Source: Eledone cirrhosa
Lineage: Eukaryota
Direction of reading: 5' to 3'
NCBI GenBank assembly: GCA_964016885.1
Contig: OZ024745.1
Span: forward strand, 2,790,001 to 2,854,000
DNA: 64,000 bases
Part shown: piece after piece, positions 43,301 to 58,300 of the stretch
How positions within the stretch are numbered: the stretch's first letter is position 1
Layout of the letters: every line of letters starts with the position of its first letter
Program-made: the position numbers and the translations under genes
Notes under the pieces: generated by a model
What the model saw: the letters and a program-made list of their open reading frames with translations, nothing else
Told to the model about the DNA's origin: nothing
The model's database searches: none

Positions 43301-46300
43301 GTGTTGGCGGTTGTATGGTAGAACCAGCTATATAATTATATAACAGTTGGTGGTAGTTGTATGGTAGAACCAGTGATATAATTATATAACAGTGTTGGTG
43401 GTTGTATGGTAGAACCAGTTATATAATTATATAACAGTGTTGGTGGTTGTATGGTAGAACCAGTTATATAATTATATAACAGTGATGGTGGTTGTATTGT
43501 AGAACCAGTTATATAATTATATAACAGTGTTGGTGGTTGTATGGTAGAACGAGTTATATAATTATATAACAGTGTTTGTGGTTGTATGGTAGAACCAGTG
43601 ATATAATTATATAACAGTGTTGGTGGTTGTATGGTAGAACCAGTTATATAATTATATAACAGTGTTGGTGGTTGTATGGTAGAACCAGTGATATAATTAT
43701 ATAACAGTGTTGGTGGTGGTATGGTAGAACCAGTTATATAATTATATAACAGTGTTGGTGGTGGTATGGTAGAACCAGTTATATAATTATATAACAGTGT
43801 TGGTGGTTGTATGGTAGAACCAGTTATATAATTATATAACAGTGTTGGTGGTTGTATGGTAGAACCACTGGTTATATAATTATATAACAGTGTTGGTGGT
43901 TGTATGGTAGAACCAGTTATATAATTATATAACAGTTGGTGGTTGTATGGTAGAACCAGTTATATAATTATATAACAGTGTTGATGGTTGTATGGTAGAA
44001 CGAGTTATATAATTATATAACAGTGTTTGTGGTTGTATGGTAGAACCAGTTATATAATTATATAACAGTGTTGGTGGTGGTATGGTAGAACCAGTTATAT
44101 AATTATATAACAGTGTTGGTGGTTGTATGGTAGAACCACTGGTTATATAATTATATAACAGTGTTGGTGGTTGTATGGTAGAACCATTTATATAATTATA
44201 TAACAGTGTTGGTGGTTGTATGGTAGAACCAGTGATATAATTATATAACAGTGTTGGTGGTGGTATGGTAGAACCAGTTATATAATTATATAACAGTGTT
44301 GGTGGTGGTATGGTAGAACCAGTTATATAATTATATAACAGTGTTGGTGGTTGTATGGTAGAACCAGTGATATAATTATATAACAGTGTTGGTGGTGGTA
44401 TGGTAGAACCAGTTATATAATTATATAACAGTGTTGGTGGTTGTATGGTAGAACCACTGGTTATATAATTATATAACAGTGTTGGCGGTTGTATGGTAGA
44501 ACCAGCTATATAATTATATAACAGTTGGTGGTAGTTGTATGGTAGAACCAGTGATATAATTATATAACAGTGTTGGTGGTTGTATGGTAGAACCAGTTAT
44601 ATAATTATATAACAGTGTTGGTGGTTGTATGGTAGAACCAGTTATATAATTATATAACAGTGATGGTGGTTGTATTGTAGAACCAGTTATATAATTATAT
44701 AACAGTGTTGGTGGTTGTATGGTAGAACGAGTTATATAATTATATAAAAGTGTTGGTGGTTGTATGGTAGAACCAGTGATATAATTATATAACAGTGTTG
44801 GTGGTTGTATGGTAGAACGAGTTATATAATTATATAACAGTGTTGGTGGTTGTATGGTAGAACCAGTGATATAATTATATAACAGTGTTGGTGGTGGTAT
44901 GGTAGAACCAGTTATATAATTATATAACAGTGTTGGTGGTGGTATGGTAGAACCAGTTATATAATTATATAACAGTGTTGGTGGTTGTATGGTAGAACCA
45001 GTTATATAATTATATAACAGTGTTGGTGGTTGTATGGTAGAACCACTGGTTATATAATTATATAACAGTGTTGGTGGTTGTATGGTAGAACCAGTTATAT
45101 AATTATATAACAGTTGGTGGTTGTATGGTAGAACCAGTTATATAATTATATAACAGTGTTGATGGTTGTATGGTAGAACGAGTTATATAATTATATAACA
45201 GTGTTTGTGGTTGTATGGTAGAACCAGTTATATAATTATATAACAGTGTTGGTGGTGGTATGGTAGAACCAGTTATATAATTATATAACAGTGTTGGTGG
45301 TTGTATGGTAGAACCACTGGTTATATAATTATATAACAGTGTTGGTGGTTGTATGGTAGAACCATTTATATAATTATATAACAGTGTTGGTGGTTGTATG
45401 GTAGAACCAGTGATATAATTATATAACAGTGTTGGTGGTGGTATGGTAGAACCAGTTATATAATTATATAACAGTGTTGGTGGTGGTATGGTAGAACCAG
45501 TTATATAATTATATAACAGTGTTGGTGGTTGTATGGTAGAACCAGTGATATAATTATATAACAGTGTTGGTGGTGGTATGGTAGAACCAGTTATATAATT
45601 ATATAACAGTGTTGGTGGTTGTATGGTAGAACCAGTTATATAATTATATAACAGTGTTGGTGGTTGTATGGTAGAACCAGTTATATAATTATATAACAGT
45701 GTTGGTGGTTGTATGGTAGAACCAGTTATATAATTATATAACAGTGTTGGCGGTTGTATGGTAGAACCAGTTATATAATTATATAACAGTGTTGGTGGTT
45801 GTATGGTAGAACCAGTTATATAATTATATAACAGTGTTGGCGGTTGTATGGTAGAACAAGTTATATAATTATATAACAGTGTTGGTGGTTGTATGGTAGA
45901 ACCAGTTATATAATTATATAACAGTGTTGGTGGTTGTATGGTAGAACCAGTTATATAATTATATAACAGTGTGGGCGGTTGTATGGTGGAACCAGTTATA
46001 TAATTATATAACAGTGTTGGTGGTTGTATGGTAGAACCAGTTATATAATTATATAACAGTATTGGCGGTTGTATGGTAGAACCAGTTATATAATTATATA
46101 ACAGTGTTGGCGGTTGTATGGTAGAACCAGTTATATAATTATATAACAGTGTTGGTGGTTGTATGGTAGAACGAGTTATATAATTATATAACACTGTTGG
46201 TGGTTGTATGGTAGAACCAGTTATATAATTATATAACAGTGTTGGTGGTTGTATGGTAGAACCAGTTATATAATTATATAACAGTGTTGGTGGTTGTATG

Positions 46301-49300
46301 GTAGAACCAGTGATATAATTATATAACAGTGTTGGTGGTTGTATGGTAGAACGAGTTATATAATTATATAACAGTGTTGGTGGTTGTATGGTAGAACCAG
46401 TTATATAATTATATAACAGTGTTGGTGGTTGTATGGTAGAACCACTGGTTATATAATTATATAACAGTGTTGGCGGTTGTATGGTAGAACCAGTTATATA
46501 ATTATATAACAGTGTTGGTGGTTGTATGGTAGAACGAGTTATATAATTATATAACAGTGTTGGTGGTTGTATGGTAGAACGAGTTATATAATTATATAAC
46601 AGTGTTGGTGGTTGTATGGTAGAACCACTGGTTATATAATTATATAACAGTGTTGGCGGTTGTATGGTAGAATCAGTTATATAATTATATAACAGTGTTG
46701 GTGGTTGTATGGTAGAACGAGTTATATAATTATATAACAGTGTTGGTGGTGGTATGGTAGAACCAGTTATATAATTATATAACAGTGTTGGTGGTGGTAT
46801 GGTAGAACCAGTTATATAATTATATAACAGTGTTGGTGGTTGTATGGTAGAACCAGTGATATAATTATATAACAGTGTTGGTGGTGGTATGGTAGAGCCA
46901 GTTATATAATTATATAACAGTGTTGGTGGTGGTATGGTAGAACCAGTTATATAATTATATAACAGTGTTGGTGGTTGTATGGTAGAACCAGTGATATAAT
47001 TATATAACAGTGTTGGTGGTTGAATGGTAGAACCAGTTATATAATTATATAACAGTGTTGGTGGTTGTATGGTAGAACCAGTTATATAATTATATAACAG
47101 TTTTGGTGGTTGTATGGTAGAACCAGTTATATAATTATATAACAGTGTTGGCGGTTGTATGGTAGAACCAGTTATATAATTATATAACAGTGTTGGCGGT
47201 TGTATGGTAGAACCAGTTATATAATTACATAACAGTGTTGGTGGTTGTATGGTAGAACCAGTTATATAATTATATAACAGTGTTGGCGGTTGTATGGTAG
47301 AACCACTTATATAATTATATAACAGTGTTGGTGGTTGTATGGTAGAACCAGTTATATAATTATATAACAGTGTTGGCGGTTGTATGGTAGAACCAATTAT
47401 ATAATTATATAACAGTGTTGGTGGTTGTATGGTAGAACCAGTTATATAATTATATAACAGTGTTGGTGGTTGTATGGTAGAACGAGTTATATAATTATAT
47501 AACAGTGTTGGTGGTTGTATGGTAGAACCAGTTATATAATTATATAACAGTGTTGGTGGTTGTATGGTAGAACCAGTGATATAATTATATAACAGTGTTG
47601 GTGGTTGTATGGTAGAACCAGTTATATAATTATATAACAGTTGGTGGTTGTATGGTAGAACCAGTGATATAATTATATAACAGTGTTGGTGGTTGTATGG
47701 TAGAACCAGTTATATAATTATATAACAGTGTTGGTGGTTGTATGGTAGAACCAGTTATATAATTATATAACAGTTGGTGGTTGTATGGTAGAACCAGTGA
47801 TATAATTATATAACAGTGTTGGTGGGTGTATGGTAGAACCCGTGATATAATTATATAACAGTGTTGGTGGGTGTATGGTAGAACCCGTGATATAATTATA
47901 TAACAGTGTTGGCGGTTGTATGGTAGAACCAGTTATATAATTATATAACAGTGTTGGTGGTTGTATGGTAGAACCAGTTATATAATTATATAACAGTTGG
48001 TGGTCGTATGGTAGAACCAGTTATATAATTATATAACAGTGTTGGTGGTTGTATGGTAGAACCAGTTATATAATTATATAACAGTGTTGGTGGTGGTATG
48101 GTAGAACCAGTTATATAATTATATAACAGTGTTGGTGGTTGTATGGTAGAACCAGTGATATAATTATATAACAGTGTTGGTGGTGGTATGGTAGAACCAG
48201 TTATATAATTATATAACAGTGTTGGTGGTTGTATGGTAGAACCAGTTATATAATTATATAACAGTGTTGGTGGTTGTATGGTAGAACCACTGGTTATATA
48301 ATTATATAACAGTGTTGGTGGTTGTATGTTAGAACCAGTTATATAATTATATAACAGTTGGTGGTTGTATGGTAGAACCAGTTATATAATTATATAACAG
48401 TGTTGGTGGTTTTATGGTAGAACGAGTTATATAATTATATAACAGTGTTGGTGGTTGTATGGTAGAACGAGTTATATAATTATATAACAGTGTTGGTGGT
48501 TGTATGGTAGAACCAGTTATATAATTATATAACAGTGTTGGTGGTTGTATGGTACAACCAGTTATATAAATATATAACAGTGTTGGCGGTTGTATGGTAG
48601 AACCAATTATATAATTATATAACAGTGTTGGTGGTTGTATGGTAGAACCAGTTATATAATTATATAACAGTGTTGGTGGTTGTATGGTAGAACGAGTGAT
48701 ATAATTATATAACAGTGTTGGTGGTTGTATGGTAGAACGTGTTATATAATTATATAACAGTGTTGGTGGTTGTATGGCAGAACCAGTTATATAATTATAT
48801 AACAGTGTTGGTGGTTGTATGGTAGAACCAGTTATATAATTATATAACAGTGTTGGCGGTTGTATGGTAGAACCAGTTATATAATTATATAACAGTGTTG
48901 GTGGTTGTATGGTAGAACCAGTTATATAATTATATAACAGTGTTGGCGGTTGTATGGTAGAACCAGTTATATAATTATATAACAGTGTTGGTGGTTGTAT
49001 GGTAGAACCAGTTATATAATTATATAACAGTGTTGGTGGTTGTATGTTAGAACGAGTTATATAATTATATAACAGTGTTGGTGGTTGTATGGTAGAACCA
49101 GTTATATAATTATATAACAGTGTTGGTGGTTGTATGGTAGAACCAGTTATATAATTATATAACAGTGTTGGTGGTTGTATGGTAGAACGAGTTATATAAT
49201 TATATAACAGTATTGGTGGTTGTATGGTAGAACGAGTTATATAATTATATAACAGTGTTGGTGGTTGTATGGTAGAACCAGTTATATAATTATATAACAG

Positions 49301-52300
49301 TGTTGGTGGTTGTATGGTAGAACCCCTGGTTATATAATTATATAACAGTGTTGGCGGTTGTATGGTAGAACCAGTTATATAATTATATAACAGTGTTGGT
49401 GGTTGTATGGTAGAACGAGTTATATAATTATATAACAGTGTTGGTGGTTGTATGGTAGAACGAGTTATATAATTATATAACAGTGTTGGTGGTTGTATGG
49501 TAGAACCAGTTATATAATTATATAACAGTGTTGGTGGTTGTATGGTAGAACCAGTTATATTATTATATAACAGTGTTGGTGGTTGTATGGTAGAACGAGT
49601 TATATAATTATATAACAGTGTTGGTGGTTGTATGGTAGAACCAGTTATATAATTATATAACAGTGTTGGTGGTTGTATGGTAGAACCACTGGTTATATAA
49701 TTATATAACAGTGTTGGCGGTTGTATGGTAGAACCAGCTATATAATTATATAACAGTTGGTGGTAGTTGTATGGTAGAACCAGTGATATAATTATATAAC
49801 AGTGTTGGTGGTTGTATGGTAGAACCAGTTATATAATTATATAACAGTGTTGGTGGTTGTATGGTAGAACCAGTTATATAATTATATAACAGTGATGGTG
49901 GTTGTATTGTAGAACCAGTTATATAATTATATAACAGTGTTGGTGGTAGTATGGTAGAACGAGTTATATAATTATATAACAGTGTTGGTGGTTGTATGGT
50001 AGAACCAGTGATATAATTATATAACAGTGTTGGTGGTTGTATGGTAGAACCAGTTATATAATTATATAACAGTGTTGGTGGTTGTATGGTAGAACCAGTG
50101 ATATAATTATATAACAGTGTTGGTGGTGGTATGGTAGAACCAGTTATATAATTATATAACAGTGTTGGTGGTGGTATGGTAGAACCAGTTATATAATTAT
50201 ATAACAGTGTTGGTGGTTGTATGGTAGAACCAGTTATATAATTATATAACAGTGTTGGTGGTTGTATGGTAGAACCACTGGTTATATAATTATATAACAG
50301 TGTTGGTGGTTGTATGGTAGAACCAGTTATATAATTATATAACAGTTGGTGGTTGTATGGTAGAACCAGTTATATAATTATATAACAGTGTTGGTGGTTG
50401 TATGGTAGAACGAGTTATATAATTATATAACAGTGTTGGTGGTTGTATGGTAGAACCAGTTATATAATTATATAACAGTGTTGGTGGTGGTATGGTAGAA
50501 CCAGTTATATAATTATATAACAGTGTTGGTGGTTGTATGGTAGAACCACTGGTTATATAATTATATAACAGTGTTGGTGGTTGTATGGTAGAACCATTTA
50601 TATAATTATATAACAGTGTTGGTGGTTGTATGGTAGAACCAGTGATATAATTATATAACAGTGTTGGTGGTGGTATGGTAGAACCAGTTATATAATTATA
50701 TAACAGTGTTGGTGGTGGTATGGTAGAACCAGTTATATAATTATATAACAGTGTTGGTGGTTGTATGGTAGAACCAGTGATATAATTATATAACAGTGTT
50801 GGTGGTGGTATGGTAGAACCAGTTATATAATTATATAACAGTGTTGGTGGTTGTATGGTAGAACCAGTTATATAATTATATAACAGTGTTGGTGGTTGTA
50901 TGGTAGAACCACTGATTATATAATTATATAACAGTGTTGGTGGTAGTATGGTAGAACGAGTTATATAATTATATAACAGTGTTGGTGGTTGTATGGTAGA
51001 ACCAGTTATATAATTATATAACAGTGTTGGTGGTTGTATGGTAGAACGAGTTATATAATTATATAACATTGTTGGTGGTTGTATGGTAGAACGAGTTATA
51101 TAATTATATAACAGTGTTGGTGGTTGTATGGTAGAACCAGTTATATAATTATATAACAGTGTTGTGGTTGTATGGTAGAACCAGTTATATAATTATATAA
51201 CAGTGTTGGCGGTTGTATGGTAGAACCAGTTATATAATTATATAACAGTGTTGGTGGTTGTATGGTAGAACCAGTTATATAATTATATAACAGTGTTGGC
51301 GGTTGTATGGTAGAACAAGTTATATAATTATATAACAGTGTTGGTGGTTGTATGGTAGAACCAGTTATATAATTATATAACAGTGTTGGTGGTTGTATGG
51401 TAGAACCAGTTATATAATTATATAACAGTGTTGGCGGTTGTATGGTGGAACCAGTTATATAATTATATAACAGTGTTGGTGGTTGTATGGTAGAACCAGT
51501 TATATAATTATATAACAGTATTGGCGGTTGTATGGTAGAACCAGTTATATAATTATATAACAGTGTTGGTGGTTGTATGGTAGAACCAGTTATATAATTA
51601 TATAACAGTGTTGGTGGTTGTATGGTAGAACGAGTTATATAATTATATAACACTGTTGGTGGTTGTATGGTAGAACCAGTTATATAATTATATAACAGTG
51701 TTAGTGGTTGTATGGTAGAACCAGTTATATAATTATATAACAGTGTTGGTGGTTGTATGGTAGAACGAGTTATATAATTATATAACAGTGTTGGTGGTTG
51801 TATGGTAGAACGAGTTATATAATTATATAACAGTGTTGGTGGTTGTATGGTAGAACCAGTTATATAATTATATAACAGTGTTGGTGGTTGTATGGTAGAA
51901 CCACTGGTTATATAATTATATAACAGTGTTGGCGGTTGTATGGTAGAACCAGTTATATAATTATATAACAGTGTTGGTGGTTGTATGGTAGAACGAGTTA
52001 TATAATTATATAACAGTGTTGGTGGTTGTATGGTAGAACGAGTTATATAATTATATAACAGTGTTGGTGGTTGTATGGTAGAACCAGTTATATAATTATA
52101 TAACAGTGTTGGTGGTTGTATGGTAGAACGAGTTATATAATTATATAACAGTGTTGGTGGTTGTATGGTAGAACCAGTTATATAATTATATAACAGTGTT
52201 GGTGGTTGTATGGTAGAACCAGTTATATAATTATATAACAGTGTTGGCGGTTGTATGGTAGAACCAGTTATACAATTATATAACAGTGTTGGTGGTTGTA

Positions 52301-55300
52301 TGGTAGAACCAGTTATATAATTATATAACAGTGTTGGCGGTTGTATGGTAGAACAAGTTATATAATTATATAACAGTGTTGCTGGTTGTATGGTAGAACC
52401 AGTTATATAATTATATAACAGTGTTGGTGGTTGTATGGTAGAACCAGTTATATAATTATATAACAGTGTGGGCGGTTGTATGGTGGAACCAGTTATATAA
52501 TTATATAACAGTGTTGGTGGTTGTATGGTAGAACCAGTTATATAATTATATAACAGTATTGGCGGTTGTATGGTAGAACCAGTTATATAATTATATAACA
52601 GTGTTGGTGGTTGTATGGTAGAACCACTGGTTATATAATTATATAACAGTGTTGGCGGTTGTATGGTAGAACCAGCTATATAATTATATAACAGTTGGTG
52701 GTAGTTGTATGGTAGAACCAGTGATATAATTATATAACAGTGTTGGTGGTTGTATGGTAGAACCAGTTATATAATTATATAACAGTGTTGGTGGTTGTAT
52801 GGTAGAACCAGTTATATAATTATATAACAGTGATGGTGGTTGTATTGTAGAACCAGTTATATAATTATATAACAGTGTTGGTGGTTGTATGGTAGAACGA
52901 GTTATATAATTATATAACAGTGTTTGTGGTTGTATGGTAGAACCAGTGATATAATTATATAACAGTGTTGGTGGTTGTATGGTAGAACCAGTTATATAAT
53001 TATATAACAGTGTTGGTGGTTGTATGGTAGAACCAGTGATATAATTATATAACAGTGTTGGTGGTGGTATGGTAGAACCAGTTATATAATTATATAACAG
53101 TGTTGGTGGTGGTATGGTAGAACCAGTTATATAATTATATAACAGTGTTGGTGGTTGTATGGTAGAACCAGTTATATAATTATATAACAGTGTTGGTGGT
53201 TGTATGGTAGAACCACTGGTTATATAATTATATAACAGTGTTGGTGGTTGTATGGTAGAACCAGTTATATAATTATATAACAGTTGGTGGTTGTATGGTA
53301 GAACCAGTTATATAATTATATAACAGTGTTGATGGTTGTATGGTAGAACGAGTTATATAATTATATAACAGTGTTTGTGGTTGTATGGTAGAACCAGTTA
53401 TATAATTATATAACAGTGTTGGTGGTGGTATGGTAGAACCAGTTATATAATTATATAACAGTGTTGGTGGTTGTATGGTAGAACCACTGGTTATATAATT
53501 ATATAACAGTGTTGGTGGTTGTATGGTAGAACCATTTATATAATTATATAACAGTGTTGGTGGTTGTATGGTAGAACCAGTGATATAATTATATAACAGT
53601 GTTGGTGGTGGTATGGTAGAACCAGTTATATAATTATATAACAGTGTTGGTGGTGGTATGGTAGAACCAGTTATATAATTATATAACAGTGTTGGTGGTT
53701 GTATGGTAGAACCAGTGATATAATTATATAACAGTGTTGGTGGTGGTATGGTAGAACCAGTTATATAATTATATAACAGTGTTGGTGGTTGTATGGTAGA
53801 ACCAGTTATATAATTATATAACAGTGTTGGTGGTTGTATGGTAGAACCAGTTATATAATTATATAACAGTGTTGGTGGTTGTATGGTAGAACCAGTTATA
53901 TAATTATATAACAGTGTTGGCGGTTGTATGGTAGAACCAGTTATATAATTATATAACAGTGTTGGTGGTTGTATGGTAGAACCAGTTATATAATTATATA
54001 ACAGTGTTGGCGGTTGTATGGTAGAACAAGTTACATAATTATATAACAGTGTTGGTGGTTGTATGGTAGAACCAGTTATATAATTATATAACAGTGTTGG
54101 TGGTTGTATGGTAGAACCAGTTATATAATTATATAACAGTGTGGGCGGTTGTATGGTGGAACCAGTTATATAATTATATAACAGTGTTGGTGGTTGTATG
54201 GTAGAACCAGTTATATAATTATATAACAGTATTGGCGGTTGTATGGTAGAACCAGTTATATAATTATATAACAGTGTTGGCGGTTGTATGGTAGAACCAG
54301 TTATATAATTATATAACAGTGTTGGTGGTTGTATGGTAGAACGAGTTATATAATTATATAACACTGTTGGTGGTTGTATGGTAGAACCAGTTATATAATT
54401 ATATAACAGTGTTGGTGGTTGTATGGTAGAACCAGTTATATAATTATATAACAGTGTTGGTGGTTGTATGGTAGAACCAGTTATATAATTATATAACAGT
54501 GTTGGCGGTTGTATGGTAGAACCAGTTATATAATTATATAACAGTGTTGGTGGTTGTATGGTAGAACCAGTTATATAATTATATAACAGTGTTGGCGGTT
54601 GTATGGTAGAAGAAGTTATATAATTATATAACAGTGTTGGTGGTTGTATGGTAGAACCAGTTATATAATTATATAACAGTGTTGGTGGTTGTATGGTAGA
54701 ACCAGTTATATAATTATATAACAGTGTTGGCGGTTGTATGGTGGAACCAGTTATATAATTATATAACAGTGTTGGTGGTTGTATGGTAGAACCAGTTATA
54801 TAATTATATAACAGTATTGGCGGTTGTATGGTAGAACCAGTTATATAATTATATAACAGTGTTGGTGGTTGTATGGTAGAACCAGTTATATAATTATATA
54901 ACAGTGTTGGTGGTTGTATGGTAGAACGAGTTATATAATTATATAACACTGTTGGTGGTTGTATGGTAGAACCAGTTATATAATTATATAACAGTGTTGG
55001 TGGTTGTATGGTAGAACCAGTTATATAATTATATAACAGTGTTGGTGGTTGTATGGTAGAACCAGTTATATAATTATATAACAGTGTTGGTGGTTGTATG
55101 GTAGAACGAGTTATATAATTATATAACAGTGTTGGTGGTTGTATGGTAGAACCAGTTATATAATTATATAACAGTGTTGGTGGTTGTATGGTAGAACCAC
55201 TGGTTATATAATTATATAACAGTGTTGGCGGTTGTATGGTAGAACCAGTTATATAATTATATAACAGTGTTGGTGGTTGTATGGTAGAACGAGTTATATA

Positions 55301-58300
55301 ATTATATAACAGTGTTGGTGGTTGTATGGTAGAACGAGTTATATAATTATATAACAGTGTTGGTGGTTGTATGGTAGAACCAGTTATATAATTATATAAC
55401 AGTGTTGGTGGTTGTATTGTAGAACGAGTTATATAATTATATAACAGTGTTGGTGGTTGTATGGTAGAACGAGTTATACAATTATATAACAGTGTTGGTG
55501 GTTGTATGGTAGAACCAGTTATATAATTATATAACAGTGTTGGTGGTTGTATGGTAGAACGAGTTATATAATTATATAACAGTGTTGGTGGTTGTATGGT
55601 AGACCGAGTTATATAATTATATAACAGTGTTGGTGGTTGTATGGTAGAACCAGTTATATAATTATATAACAGTGTTGGTGGTTGTATGGTAGAACCAGTT
55701 ATATAATTATATAACAGTGTTGGTGGTTGTATGGTAGAACCAGTTATATAATTATATAACAGTGTTGGCGGTTGTATGGTAGAACCAGTTATACAATTAT
55801 ATAACAGTGTTGGTGGTTGTATGGTAGAACCAGTTATATAATTATATAAAAGTGTTGGCGGTTGTATGGTAGAACAAGTTATATAATTATATAACAGTGT
55901 TGCTGGTTGTATGGTAGAACCAGTTATATAATTATATAACAGTGTTGGTGGTTGTATGGTAGAACCAGTTATATAATTATATAACAGTGTGGGCGGTTGT
56001 ATGGTGGAACCAGTTATATAATTATATAACAGTGTTGGTGGTTGTATGGTAGAACCAGTTATATAATTATATAACAGTATTGGCGGTTGTATGGTAGAAC
56101 CAGTTATATAATTATATAACAGTGTTGGTGGTTGTATGGTAGAACCACTGGTTATATAATTATATAACAGTGTTGGCGGTTGTATGGTAGAACCAGCTAT
56201 ATAATTATATAACAGTTGGTGGTAGTTGTATGGTAGAACCAGTGATATAATTATATAACAGTGTTGGTGGTTGTATGGTAGAACCAGTTATATAATTATA
56301 TAACAGTGTTGGTGGTTGTATGGTAGAACCAGTTATATAATTATATAACAGTGTTGGTGGTTGTATGGTAGAACGAGTTATATAATTATATAAAAGTGTT
56401 GGTGGTTGTATGGTAGAACCAGTGATATAATTATATAACAGTGTTGGTGGTTGTATGGTAGAACCAGTTATATAATTATATAACAGTGTTGGTGGTTGTA
56501 TGGTAGAACCAGTGATATAATTATATAACAGTGTTGGTGGTGGTATGGTAGAACCAGTTATATAATTATATAACAGTGTTGGTGGTGGTATGGTAGAACC
56601 AGTTATATAATTATATAACAGTGTTGGTGGTTGTATGGTAGAACCAGTTATATAATTATATAACAGTGTTGGTGGTTGTATGGTAGAACCACTGGTTATA
56701 TAATTATATAACAGTGTTGGTGGTTGTATGGTAGAACCAGTTATATAATTATATAACAGTTGGTGGTTGTATGGTAGAACCAGTTATATAATTATATAAC
56801 AGTGTTGATGGTTGTATGGTAGAACGAGTTATATAATTATATAACAGTGTTTGTGGTTGTATGGTAGAACCAGTTATATAATTATATAACAGTGTTGGTG
56901 GTGGTATGGTAGAACCAGTTATATAATTATATAACAGTGTTGGTGGTTGTATGGTAGAACCACTGGTTATATAATTATATAACAGTGTTGGTGGTTGTAT
57001 GGTAGAACCATTTATATAATTATATAACAGTGTTGGTGGTTGTATGGTAGAACCAGTGATATAATTATATAACAGTGTTGGTGGTGGTATGGTAGAACCA
57101 GTTATATAATTATATAACAGTGTTGGTGGTGGTATGGTAGAACCAGTTATATAATTATATAACAGTGTTGGTGGTTGTATGGTAGAACCAGTGATATAAT
57201 TATATAACAGTGTTGGTGGTGGTATGGTAGAACCAGTTATATAATTATATAACAGTGTTGGTGGTTGTATGGTAGAACCAGTTATATAATTATATAACAG
57301 TGTTGGTGGTTGTATGGTAGAACCAGTTATATAATTATATAACAGTGTTGGTGGTTGTATGGTAGAACCAGTTATATAATTATATAACAGTGTTGGCGGT
57401 TGTATGGTAGAACCAGTTATATAATTATATAACAGTGTTGGTGGTTGTATGGTAGAACCAGTTATATAATTATATAACAGTGTTGGCGGTTGTATGGTAG
57501 AACAAGTTATATAATTATATAACAGTGTTGGTGGTTGTATGGTAGAACCAGTTATATAATTATATAACAGTGTTGGTGGTTGTATGGTAGAACCAGTTAT
57601 ATAATTATATAACAGTGTGGGCGGTTGTATGGTGGAACCAGTTATATAATTATATAACAGTGTTGGTGGTTGTATGGTAGAACCAGTTATATAATTATAT
57701 AACAGTATTGGCGGTTGTATGGTAGAACCAGTTATATAATTATATAACAGTGTTGGCGGTTGTATGGTAGAACCAGTTATATAATTATATAACAGTGTTG
57801 GTGGTTGTATGGTAGAACGAGTTATATAATTATATAACACTGTTGGTGGTTGTATGGTAGAACCAGTTATATAATTATATAACAGTGTTGGTGGTTGTAT
57901 GGTAGAACCAGTTATATAATTATATAACAGTGTTGGTGGTTGTATGGTAGAACCAGTGATATAATTATATAACAGTGTTGGTGGTTGTATGGTAGAACGA
58001 GTTATATAATTATATAACAGTGTTGGTGGTTGTATGGTAGAACCAGTTATATAATTATATAACAGTGTTGGTGGTTGTATGGTAGAACCACTGGTTATAT
58101 AATTATATAACAGTGTTGGCGGTTGTATGGTAGAACCAGTTATATAATTATATAACAGTGTTGGTGGTTGTATGGTAGAACGAGTTATATAATTATATAA
58201 CAGTGTTGGTGGTTGTATGGTAGAACGAGTTATATAATTATATAACAGTGTTGGTGGTTGTATGGTAGAACCACTGGTTATATAATTATATAACAGTGTT

